Source: Rhodosorus marinus CCMP1338 (Eukaryota > Plantae > Rhodophyta). From it: DNA of 64,000 bases. The translations under genes were made by a program, and so were the position numbers. Under the pieces are notes generated by a model. The model did no database searches. It was given only the letters and a program-made list of their open reading frames with translations, and was not told the origin of the DNA. This document shows, one piece after another, positions 1 to 10,802 of the stretch. Every line of letters starts with the position of its first letter. Position 1 is the first letter of the stretch. Where the stretch lies: positions 310,001 through 374,000 of the forward strand of contig JAMWBK010000005.1 in assembly GCA_029953675.1 (NCBI GenBank), given 5' to 3'.

Positions 1-954
1 TTGGAAGAAGAAATGCAAACCGTCTACTCCTTCAGGTATGGAAAACTCCTGTTGACCAACACTGACGCCCTGGCGCTAATGTGCGGGAGAGCTCAATCAT
101 GCCTGCTCCTTGGTTTTTCTAGAGTTAAACATTGGAACCAGCCTCGAGAAAGCTGACGTAATAGCTAATGGGGTTGTAGCGAAGGAGTTCAACATAGAAT
201 ATGAATCTGGGCTGTCTTTCAAGAAGTCTCATTACCGAATAGACCTGTTCCGCCACAACCAGAAGTTCTACGTCTCCAACCAGGACAACGAAATCAACAT
301 CCATGAGGTTATTATCGAAACTAAAGACAACTCGATCTTGGAGGTTCAGGTAGTAGTTCCAAAACGTGGTGCGGCGGATTACATACGAGAGGATGAGGTA
401 AGGAAACAAACTTTTTGGCAAAGGCTCGATTGAGAACACCCCTGCTCGTCATCGTCGTGCATGGATTAGGGTTGCTAAGCGCAGATGCTGAACGTCTTAT
501 TTGCCCAATGTTTAGACCCAGATAGGGGCCGGTCAAAGGAAGATACTCAATCTTCGGTTTATCTGCTTCCTGGAGGGCGAGACATCTGTTCTGGTGACAC
601 TTTCAACAGCAAAGCATGGACCGATTGAGTTTGGATTCGTAAAGGCTTGCTATGCTGGTGTAAAGGTAGGTCAAGAACTGAATGAGCGTATGGGAGTCGC
701 AGCCGTGCTGGGCGTTCGGTATGCGCGTGTGGCCTGCGGAGGTTTTCTGACCAACTATTTTGGCTCAATTTTGCGCGCAGGTAATCGGGAGCGGCTTCCT
801 CCGCACCAGCGGGAGCCTTTTTTACATTTTCATTGCAGTTGGCGTTGTAGTTGCTGTGTCTATGCTATGGGGAATGCGAAAGTACGCGGGAAGTCTTCTC
901 GCGTCCCGGAGGTCTTATGCTCCAGTTGCTCAAGCACGACCTGGAGGCTACTAG
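1..954 (+). CDS. 3' part of a single-pass (type I-like) membrane protein of unknown function; 5' end lies outside the window
   Basis: Three GT-AG introns (36-122, 398-515, 666-780) join four exons in frame: WKKKCKPSTPSELNIG...IREDE/TQIGAGQRK...YAGVK/VIGSGFLRTSGSLFYIFIAVGVVVAVSMLWGMRKY...PGGY*. There is a hydrophobic helix followed by a short basic tail. Confidence 0.55.
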
Positions 955-1669
955 AGCGAGTTCCTCTTTTTAGAGACGATTTTACCACAACAATAGTTCG
1001 GGATTGAAAACTGCTAGAACGACCAGTGCGGCTATGACTTTGCAGAATACAGAGCGATATTTAGTTCAACGCTTTCGACGCACTCGACGTCCATAGGATC
1101 CCCGAAAACCAAGAACAAGGCAGAGGGAGATCAAGAACATCTAAGAAAAACTGATTTCTTTTGAGCAGCGAGCCAACCCCTGCAAGGAATCCGTTAACCG
1201 AACCCATTGGACCACCTAAAATGTCTCCCCGTCACTGTATTTTGATACCGCGCTCGTCCGAAACGCTTCTCTTGAGGACCACACGAAAAGGAACACAGCT
1301 GCATTGATTTTAAATCGCCAACGCTCAAATTCATAGAGAGCGCGAGCGAGACCAAAAATTACAGATATTCAAGAAACAATCTCCAAAGCTGACAGTACAA
1401 TATTGGTTAGTACCAGCATGGCACTATTCGTACGAAAGATAGTACATGTTTCTCGGGAGGAAGCTGTTTGTGGTCATAATTGATGACTTTTACAAAACCT
1501 CACAACTGATTCTAAAAATGGATTTTAGTAGGAGACACACGGTTTGGAGATGACCCTGTCCCATGCTGACGGGTGCGCTGCACCACGATCTTGTTGCTGT
1601 TGATAGAAAAAGGGTTTTGTCATGGGTGACCATCCGTAATTTTTTTTTCATGGATAGGCTATTGGAAAC

Positions 1670-2201
1670 AACTAGGAAACAAGGCTTGTCTGATTGAGAT
1701 TCTCGCAAAAGACAACGTCCCATTTTCTCGTCTGATAAACGGTCCGTCCGATGAACACAAAAACGCCTCTTATTCAATCGAGTAAAAGTCAATTCCTTGT
1801 TCAATCAGCGATTGTCTAAGAATCAATCGTCTCCTGTGTAGGAATTGATCCCTATTGCTTCATGATTGCTTCTCATCACGATAAGCTGTCACTCTCATGT
1901 AATGAATAACGATTATGTTCGCCTTCTGAAATCGAAACTAGGAAACAAGGCTTGTCTGATTGAGATTCTCGCAAAAGACAACGTCCCATTTTCTCGTCTG
2001 ATAAACGGTCCGTCCGATGAACACAAAAACGCCTCTTATTCAATCGAGTAAAAGTCAATTCCTTGTTCAATCAGCGATTGTCTAAGAATCAATCGTCTCC
2101 TGTGTAGGAATTGATCCCTATTGCTTCATGATTGCTTCTCATCACGATAAGCTGTCACTCTCATGTAATGAATAACGATTATGTTCGCCTTCTGAAATCG
2201 A
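1670..2201. repeat. Perfect tandem duplication, 2 x 266 bp
   Basis: 1670-1935 and 1936-2201 read identically (aactaggaaac...tctgaaatcga). This explains the duplicated ORFs 1490-1804 and 1876-2070. Confidence 0.95.
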
Positions 2202-2906
2202 CAGGCTGTCATTTACAGTCTCTCTCCTCCTCGAGGTTTTCTCCCTCTTTGGTTTTCTGGAGACTAGCTCCGGGGTGAGTGTCCTACGAGAGTGAGAGGG
2301 GAGTCAGAAGTGTGAGACTACTAACTCGTCAGTAAACACTAACTGCTCGCGACCTGTCCAGGGTGAAAGGTGCCCGAACTCGCCATCATAGTCGGATCAA
2401 CCGTCTTCTACGTCGGACTTTCCGACCGCCCATTCGAGCTCGAAGGGCGGAGATTGCCATGAAACAGCCCCCTCCCTCTGAATCAACTCATCGACACCCG
2501 TGTTGACGCTGGAGTCGCGTCTAGGCACGTAGCGATGTGTTCCAAAACATCCTTTCTTGGGCCAGTATGAGCCAAGGATTTGTGGGTTAGTACCTAAACG
2601 AAACATTCCCCATTATCAGGGCCAACAGGAGTCTCTCACTCTGCCTCTTTCTTTCGAGAGGGGACATCCTCCTGCAGACCAGGCTCTTCCTCTCCCAATC
2701 TTCTACAAAGAATTCAACTACAGCTCGTGAACGACTACTTCCCCCTGCTACCCTGGTCGATCTCGAGAAAACAGTAACAACCCTAAGCCTTCGGAATCTG
2801 CTAGCCTTGTAATCGTGGATTAGTACCTGGCGGAGGAAACTTAGTCAGCAATATGTGGTTGTAGAGTGCTTCTTGTCAAAATCATAGGGAGAGAGCACCC
2901 TCCTCT

Positions 2907-2934
2907 CACCTCCCACCTCCCACCTCCCACCTCC
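2907..2934. repeat. (CACCTCC)4 short tandem repeat
   Basis: Read directly from the sequence. Confidence 0.85.
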
Positions 2935-3448
2935 CCCCATCGGTAAATCAAATCGTTGTACCATCTACAAAAAAATTGAGAGCTAAAAACCAAAGCGAAA
3001 ACCACCTTTTGTAATCCCGCCAAAAAAGACAATATTCCTTTGCGCATTAAAAAGAAACCAAACCTTTAATAGAGACAAATCTGTCTGAGAAACAACGGGA
3101 GACAAACTAAGGGTATGCGGGAGGGGCCAGATCTCTATAAAGAGAAGTGCGCTCCAGCCCCAGACAACGAAGCATGAGCTCCGTAAGCAGCTTGTCTAGC
3201 CCTTGCGTTGGTGCGGGAAGACGTCAACCATCCGCACGGCAGCGGAACCAAAACGATATCCCAAACAGCAAGGAGCAAGCGAGGCGATATGCCCGGGCAG
3301 AACCGGTAGGCATTGAAACTCCTGGATGTTCGGAAGGACTTAATCCCTATTAGACTCAAAAGTTCCTTTGCAGTTTAGTGCTCATACTTTCAAACACCCC
3401 TCTCAAGATGGTTGACCACTGCTTTCTCTCCTTCTACTGAGAAGTCTA

Positions 3449-3563
3449 TATCGGACACGAGCCCCAGACAAAGTCGGTTCATTACTACGAAATTCAGGTC
3501 AGATAAACATATATCGGACTGTCGGTAGTTTATCGGACACAAATGGCAAAAGCTATATCGGAC
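3449..3563 (+). promoter_or_regulatory. Cluster of four TATCGGAC octamers upstream of NUP62
   Basis: Copies at 3449, 3512, 3531 and 3556, all in the same orientation. A regulatory role is inferred only from position. Confidence 0.45.
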
Positions 3564-3750
3564 GGAAATGACACCAAGCAAACGATGTTGGGGATTGGCG
3601 AGTGGGGGGAAGATTTGGGGAGGATAGGGATGGGATAGGTGCAGTAGGGAGATGGATCTTCTCAGGCATTTCGTTTTGATCGTGGTTTGATTATTTAGGG
3701 GTGTTTTTGGGGGTTGTTTTGTTCGGTCGCGGATCTGAAGGGACAAGAAC

Positions 3751-6366
3751 ATGTCTTTCTCGTTTGGTGGAGGATCGTCCAGCAGTAGCTCCGGAGGACA
3801 ATTCTCCTTTGGAGCTTCGTCAGCGCAGTCAGCGGGTGGAGGGTTTAGCTTTGGGAGCTCCACGCCGCAGTCCACAGGTGGTGGCTTGAGTTTTGGTGCG
3901 AGTTCGGCCCAATCGGCATCGGGCGGGTTTAGTTTCGGAGGTTCTTCTGCACAATCTGCAAGAGGAGGATTCAGCTTTGGCTCCCAAAAGTACGCTAAAT
4001 CGTTTCCATATTGCCGATCTGAGTTGATGCGAAAAACGCAACCGACTTAACGTTAGCTTACCATTCGCGTTCTCCAACTGCAACAGTGCTGCAGCCTCAA
4101 CAACAGCTCAGTCGACAGGGTTCGGTGAATCATCGGCAGGATTCGGATCTTCAGGAAGGTAGGATATCACTTTCTCGCCTATGGATTTCAATTTTATTTC
4201 GCAGGTCGCTTCCGTGTTACGTTTGCGTAATGAAGCGCGTTGAGTTGCGTTTGTTCCTTTGGCCTCAAGTCTCCCGCAACCCCATGCACGTCTAGTTTTT
4301 CACATTGCAAACTAAACCGCTTGAATCTGCTCTGTTCGTAGCTCCCTCTCGTTTGGTGCAGGACCTCAGTCACAGCCCTCCGGATTTGCGACTCCCCCAG
4401 CGGCGAACTCTGGTGGATTTCTGTTTTCTTCCAGGTAGGATGTTAGCGCTATTTCACAAGCTCAGAAATAGGCTCCCCCGGTGTACCTAATAGAAGACAA
4501 ATTGTTTCGGAAACACACTAGCAGCAGCGCAAGCAAGCCGTCCACACTGCAGTTTGGTGCTGCGCAGTCCAGTGCGATTCCTTCTCAAAGTGAGTTTCTC
4601 TGAAGTCTGTTTGCCCTGTAGAATGCGCTATAAGTTTATGTTTCCATGACCTCTACACAAAACGCTCGGGAATTGAGAACGAGTTGTTTTTGCTCCTCAC
4701 CTCAGCGGCCGCTGCTGCTCAGAGCAGCAGCAATACAGGATTTGGATTCTCGGGAGGCTTAAGTTTTGGGGGCCAAGGTACGGGTCTTGCTCAGAGCACA
4801 TCCTCAACTGCCACGAAACCGGCTGAGGCACCGGCTGGATCCGCCCCAACCCAGAGTACATTGGGTGGTGCTGCGAACGGTGCAGCCGCACCGGCTGCGG
4901 GAAATCTTTTCGGTGGTCTGAAGCAAGCATCTGCCGCGCCCACAGCGGCGACGGGAACTGGCTTGAGCATACCGTCTGCGACCGGAGCGAACACGAGTTC
5001 GGCAAGCACCCCGTCGATCTCCTTCGGCAATACAGCCGCAGCCGGGGCATCCACCAGTGCACCGTCTTCTGCGACTACTAGCGGGCCGTCAGGGTTTACG
5101 TTTACCACGTCGACGAGTGCCGCATCTGCACCTTCAACTGCAGCTTCATCAACACCATCCGCGAAATTTTCTTTTGGAGCTACAGCCGCAAGCACGGCTC
5201 AGCCACAAACAGCAGCGTCGTCGGCAGCACCCGGCGCTCCTGGGTTTTCATTTGGAGCCGCGCCGACCACGAGCGCGGCAGCGTCCGTGTCTGGCACAAC
5301 GTCCTCCACTGGAGCCCCCGCCCAGGGTTTCTCGTTCGGAGCTGCTGCGGGGTCGAGCTCTGCAGCGCCAAGCCAGCCGACCGCCGCTGCCGGGACCTCT
5401 ACAAGCACGTCGGGCCCATCGCTTAACTTAAGTGCAGCTGCTCCAGCCCAGTCTTCCCCGGCTGCGCTCAGCACCGCTCAGGCCCCTGCGAAACCTCCAG
5501 AAGTCCCATCAGAGATTAAGGAGCTCAAGCTTGATGAAATCATAAACAAATGGAGCGAACAGGTAGAAGAGCTTGTGGAGCAGTTCAGAAAGCAGGCGGT
5601 TCAGGTTGGGAGATGGGACAGACAGATTGTAACTAACGAGGACAGGTAAGGGATCCTTCAAAATCCAAGGGGTTCAAACGAGTGCGAGGCTCATGCTGGC
5701 GACTAACGGGGATTCATGCCGACTGCCAGAATACTTGCATTGAATCAGGATCTACAAACACTGCAAGGTTCCCACCGCGAGCTCGAAATGAATCTTGACA
5801 CAGTTCTGGCGCAGCAGACGGAGCTCCATAACCTGCTGAACGCGCTTGAAAAAGAGGTGGATGCTACGTTTGGCACGAGTAAGTACGGCGCAAGGACCAG
5901 AGCTTCTCGGCTAGGGCTAAAGCGAGGCTCTTGTGATCACCCGCAAAGGCGGATCTCCAGGCCTGGCTCCGAGAACAAACGCGGACAAGGAGAGGGCGCA
6001 AACACATGAACTGGGGTTGGGAATCATGCGAGAACTGGACTCGATGGCTCTGACTCTAAGAGACGTCGTCCAGGAGATAAACCAAAGCCAGGTAAGCAAG
6101 CGGCCTCCAGGAATCAAGATAAGCCTTATAGTACGGAGCGACTTTCGTCTGATCATATCATTGGTTTGCAATTCTTGCAGGCTCCAGAAAGCTGGGACGT
6201 GCTTGGACAGATTGTCAGCGTTCTGAATTCTCACATGAACGCTTTGCAATACCTTGACGAAAGTACGGGAAGCGTGCAGAAGCAGATCCATCAAGTTGCG
6301 AGACTTGCCGAATCTACGAAGAGGGAGGCCGATGCACTGCGGGGCCGTCGCTACGGGCATACATAG
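3751..6366 (+). CDS. NUP62: FG-nucleoporin Nup62/Nsp1, multi-exon
   Basis: N-terminal FSFG repeats, an Ala/Ser/Thr-rich linker, then Nsp1_C coiled coils (LDEIINKWSEQV..FRKQAVQVGRWDRQI; LELNLDTV-like LEMNLDTVLAQQTELHNLLNALE; VLNSHMNALQYLD). GT-AG introns link the ORF fragments. Confidence 0.93.
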
Positions 6367-6800
6367 CTTGCGGAAAAGTTCTAGGCATATTAGCCGGCTT
6401 GAATGAGGCGTTAATTTGGTAATTCGTGCACAGGGACGCCACTGAATTCTGCGTGTTGTCGGGTACCCAGGAACAAACACGTGCTCGCTTCAACCCGAGC
6501 TTGCACTGGTGGACCAGCCTGATGGAGAGCAATAACCCACTGGTTGCGGTCCCCCTGTGTACTCGCGACCTTTAATTGTCCACTAACATACTGATTTTCG
6601 TTGCTTTACTACTTCACAACTATGGTGTGAAATTTCCTGAAAAGATGTCTTAAACTTCTATGCACCGTCCCAAGCAGCGAGTTCAACTGCGTTAGTTGAA
6701 ATCCCGAACAGCGCTCGCCAGAATTCTCCAACCACTTGCAGTTCAAATGTGATCAGCAGTTGTTGAGGCAAGAGTTCACGCGGCCTGAGTCTTTTTCACT

Positions 6801-7822
6801 TCAAAGTTTCTGCGTCCTCTGATCAGCAAGCATATCCGCGTACGATTTGAATCCAGTGACAGGCTCCACGACCCTTTTCCATTCAGCGTCCATTTGTGCT
6901 CGGTGTTCAGCCGAAACAGAGGGCCTCTTCTTACCTGCCGGGGCGACTTTTGCGCCTGACCCCTTCGACCAGTTTGCAATTGCACCATCGGGGCCCTTGG
7001 TAGCAAGAATGTCTCGAACTCGGTTTTCCTCGAATTTGTTCACATGCTCTAGCATGAATTCTCTGGATGACATCCTTACGGCAGTTTGTATTCGCTCTTC
7101 GTCCTCAGGGAGCCCTATGAAAGAGCTGATCTTTTTAACCTCTTTGACTGGGTCCAACAGAATGTCCTCGTAGAAGAGGAACAGATAGTTCGGGTTGCCT
7201 CGCTGCATTAGCCATGATTCATAGAACCTGAAGATTGAGGGATACTGCAGAATTGATTGGGGAACATCACGTGACAGGACATGCCATTTCATCCAGTCGT
7301 CAATTGTAACGTCGTCACCCTCAAACATCCAGTCTTTGAAAAAGTTGTAGAACGAGACGGAAGCATCCAGGGGATCTCGAAGTACGACAATATAGCGAGC
7401 ACCTTTAGGAATGTGATCGTGCCATGCATGCGTTTTGAAGAGGCGCGGCTCTGCAATTTGCTCGTCGTTTGGATCGATTTGAATGTCGTAGCTCAGCTCA
7501 AGCCAGGGAATTACCTAAGTATTTAAAGCAAGCATGAAAAAGAGCTCAGCATTTCGTCGCATCCTTAAACACGCGGTTCAAGTAATCTGACCTCGTAAAC
7601 GTCTTCAAAGTCCATGTGCCCACCAGTTCTCAGCTGATGGCAGATCTGCATCACCAAAGTCGTTCCGCACTTCGAAGATGTTGCAATAAACACATCAGAA
7701 GGCCTCGGCTTGAATGAAAAAGCCTTGATTCTGTTCTCCATTGACGATCGGAACAAACTGTCCGCAGTCGCCCTCATTCTCAGCACAGCCTCAGGGGGCT
7801 CTTCTCCCTCATTTATTGCCAT
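6801..7822 (-). CDS. Soluble PAPS-dependent sulfotransferase (Sulfotransfer_1-like), 2 exons
   Basis: 5'-PSB loop FIATSSKCGTTLV, PRLFKTH catalytic-His motif, 3'-PB motif RDPLDASVSFY, and FYEDILLDPVKEVKKISSFIG. One intron at ~7516-7591. Confidence 0.88.
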
Positions 7823-8173
7823 CACGCTCAAATTATTAGTGCAACAAAAAAAGTTGCTTTCACCGTACCATTCAAAGTCTTCAGATGTGCGTGAAGATTC
7901 TGAATCAATCTTTAAGAGCGCTTCCTTCTACACCCCACTCGCTTACTATCCAATCCATCCCCTCTCAAAGATTGTTTCGATCTCAACTTGTCGGCACTCT
8001 CGTGTGTCATGGACAGATTGTACATTTATTTTTAGCAGTAGTTGGTTCCTTTCGATCGTTGGGGGCGATAGACGGTTGTCGCGAGTCAAAAGCATCCCGC
8101 AGGATTCTGATCGAGTAATTTAAGCTTAACTATGTAGAAAAAACGGATTCTGCTGCTTGAATTTTTTTGGTTT

Positions 8174-9169
8174 TCAGTTTCGCAGTGGTTCGAGGTGTCC
8201 ATCATCACCCCATGCATCCTGCCAATCTCTGAGCTGAGCCTGATAGAGGGTACGAGCTACGGGACCAACTTTCCCGTCCCCTATTATGTCTGAATCCCAC
8301 AATACAATCGGCACAGTGAGGGATGCACCACCGAAGGCAAAAGCTTCGGAGGCCTGTTTCGCTTCTGAAAGGGAGATATCCCTCTGTTCGACCTTCATGC
8401 CCAGGTGATGTTCAGCAATATACATGATTCGTTTCACCGATATGCCGGCGAGAGTCCTGCGAAAAGGTGGGATCGAAAGCGTTTGAGAACCCTTCTCCAG
8501 TACGAACCCTATGTTCGCCGTCCCAAGCTCAGCTACGTTGCCGTTCTCATCAACCCAAACTCCCTGCCAAGCCGACTGCGCTTCAGCCTCCATAACGAGC
8601 ATCACGTTCGGCAAATAGTTCGTAGTTTTCGCGTTTGCGAAGTGGCTCGGTTTCATCGCGATGGTCGAGGTCACAACCTTGATACCATGAGTGTAGTTCT
8701 CCTCTGGTATCTTCTTCGGCTTCGTCGCTACGCAATAGAAGCTAGCTCCAGTGCACTCTTTTGGAGATATGCCAAAGCCGCCAGGACCTGCACCAAGCCA
8801 AAACCTCAAACTTTGGTTTTCGTGCGTAGTTGCGCGGGCAACCGCGAAGACGGCTTTCCTGAACTTCTCTCTACTGAGACCGCTCTTCTTCCAGTCAATC
8901 TGTGTCTTGTCTGCAGAGGTCAAGAGCCTGTCTAAATGTTGCTCTAGCTGGTAGATTTGGCCGTGAACGACGGTCGCTGTGTCAAAAACAGAGTGACCCC
9001 TATGAACAATATGATCGTCCATCGCTATTAAGAACAGATGCGGATCCGTGGCCACACCGTCCAACTCAGAGCTATAAAACGCCAAGTACGTTTCACTAGC
9101 TTTGCTCATCGCCGAATTCTCCTTAAGTTTCGACAGCACATCATTCTCGCTCAAGAGCGGAATCTCCAT
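8174..9169 (-). CDS. Class IV PLP aminotransferase (D-amino-acid transaminase / aminodeoxychorismate-lyase-like, plant DAAT type)
   Basis: Intronless 331-aa ORF with DDHIVHRGHSVFDT, HLDRL, PLP-Lys motif AKTTNYLPN, AELGTANIGFV and LAGISVKR. Confidence 0.88.
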   Translation of the reverse strand: MEIPLLSENDVLSKLKENSAMSKASETYLAFYSSELDGVATDPHLFLIAMDDHIVHRGHSVFDTATVVHGQIYQLEQHLDRLLTSADKTQIDWKKSGLSREKFRKAVFAVARATTHENQSLRFWLGAGPGGFGISPKECTGASFYCVATKPKKIPEENYTHGIKVVTSTIAMKPSHFANAKTTNYLPNVMLVMEAEAQSAWQGVWVDENGNVAELGTANIGFVLEKGSQTLSIPPFRRTLAGISVKRIMYIAEHHLGMKVEQRDISLSEAKQASEAFAFGGASLTVPIVLWDSDIIGDGKVGPVARTLYQAQLRDWQDAWGDDGHLEPLRN

Positions 9170-9560
9170 AATCCAAACGGAATAATCTTGGCTCTACGTC
9201 TGGCCAGGCACTAGCCCAAGATCCAAAATTCTCCCCAAAAAACCCACCGAAATAGTGGCGAAAAGCTCACCGGAGATCCTCTTGTTCAACCAGAAAATTC
9301 CATAAAACCCTTCCAAGAGCTCCACAACGTCACCAGCAGTCATACAGTTGTGGTTCCCCTTCCCTTCTCCGTGCACACCCACACGGGTTTGTTATAAAGT
9401 TCCAGCAAAACCATAACCCTCTACACCTACGCCGCCGGAGCAATCGTGCTGCCCCTCCATACGCAACTTGGTCAGGCCCTTCCCACAGCATCGCTCGGGC
9501 GGAACTTTTCGCCATCACGTGAACAATATATAGATTTAATTAATTTTGCAAAGTAGTAAA

Positions 9561-9585
9561 CTGTCCAATAAAAATTATTGGACAG
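9561..9585. repeat. Perfect 11-bp inverted repeat with 3-nt spacer, containing TATTGGAC
   Basis: ctgtccaataa-aaa-ttattggacag. Confidence 0.85.
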
Positions 9586-10039
9586 CATCGAACTCCTTTT
9601 TGTATTACTAATTCAGGTACAATATTTTTATATTATTGATATTGGACGAGAGCCGAGAGATAAATCATCTAATTATTACGTGATTCAGCTATGACGAACT
9701 TCTTGTATCGGGATGTAATTAGACGTCTTATTCGGTCGCAGTATGACAAACCCTATTTTTTTTAACTTGTGGATTTAATAGGAGAAACGTATCTAAATAT
9801 AGCATCCAATGAGTCAAAAGTGGATAGCTGTTTCCGGGCATATGTTTTTGTTGACCCACTACTGCTCCGAGTTTGAAGAAATTGAATTTGATGCGCGCTT
9901 ATTTTTTTTCGCCTCGGAAACTCCGTCCTGCTTTGTTTCAAACTACCCCAAACAGCAAGGGTTTAATAGCTGTTTGCTATTGCTACTTGTGGAAGCAAGG
10001 TTTCTGATCTATAGGGGAACCCTCCCTTCTTCCCTTGTC

Positions 10040-10510
10040 CCATCCCGCGGGTCGACAGGCAACTTTCTACTTGGCTCACCAGCCTGAAGAATTTCTTCAA
10101 ACTTGCGGGACTTGGCGAGAAAGACGGCACATATAAGATACTATTAGCAGAGGGATGCCTCAAGGGTGACGCTCACAATGAATTTGCTGTCGGTGCCACC
10201 TCGTACTGGTATTCCTTGATGCCAGAGGATAAACACCCCAACTACATTCGACGAGTTTGAGACAGTTCTTCAAAGGCAATTTTATCTTGCAGACGCGAAG
10301 ATACGGGCCAAATAACAATTAGCGCGAGCGCAAACAGCACACCTTAACGCCGCCTATTTCAATAAGTATCTGATCCTCGTTGGAACTACGTCCGACTCTC
10401 AGAAATTCGATCGGTTCGTAGAGGGCCATGAACCTGAGATCCAGGTGTACGTCGACATCCAAGGGATCGAGAACTTCGAGGAGCCCCAGGCTCTGGCCTT
10501 GGAAAGATAG
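10040..10510 (+). mobile_element. Decayed LTR-retrotransposon (Ty3/gypsy-type) gag relic
   Basis: Translation gives STWLTSLKNFFKLAGLGEKDGTYKILLAEGCLKGDA..YWYSL, a +1 frameshift near 10240, then PTTFDEFETVLQRQFY..RAK*QLARAQ..YFNKYLILV..SQKFDRFVEGHEPEIQVYVDIQGIENFEEPQALALER*. This follows the Retrotrans_gag pattern, with internal stops. Confidence 0.7.
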
Positions 10511-10664
10511 AACCTGCAGAATGTCACAGTCGGCACTAGAAACCTAAGACGAGAAGTAATCACAATTCATGATATGAAGTGTGCTTCACAAACACAAGAA
10601 GGAATCATCATTCAATAGCTGAGGCGGAAATGATTGATTGATTATAAGACTAACGTTGATTGAA

Positions 10665-10802
10665 TATCGGACGAGCTTATCGGACACGCAATCAGACCTG
10701 TTTCGTTAAATAATTTTAATCATATAACCCCTATTTTTCTACCTTTTTTATTATCTATCCACTAGAAAATTTATCGGACGCGTCTGATAAACGTTATCGG
10801 AC
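10665..10802 (+). repeat. Second cluster of four TATCGGAC octamers
   Basis: Copies at 10665, 10678, 10772 and 10795. The last copy (tatcggacggaatatgaca) parallels the one at 3556 (tatcggacggaaatgaca). Confidence 0.8.

Noticed and set aside
4697-5474. Several long overlapping ORFs in other frames and on the minus strand
   Set aside because: They are shadows of the GC-rich Ala/Ser/Thr linker of NUP62.
7355-7380. Apparent frameshift in the sulfotransferase, because the long ORF starts only at 7328
   Set aside because: The frame is continuous (RDPLDASVSFY). The ORF caller simply found no start codon earlier in exon 2.
8405-8935. 176-aa plus-strand ORF
   Set aside because: Antisense shadow of the aminotransferase, with no motif.
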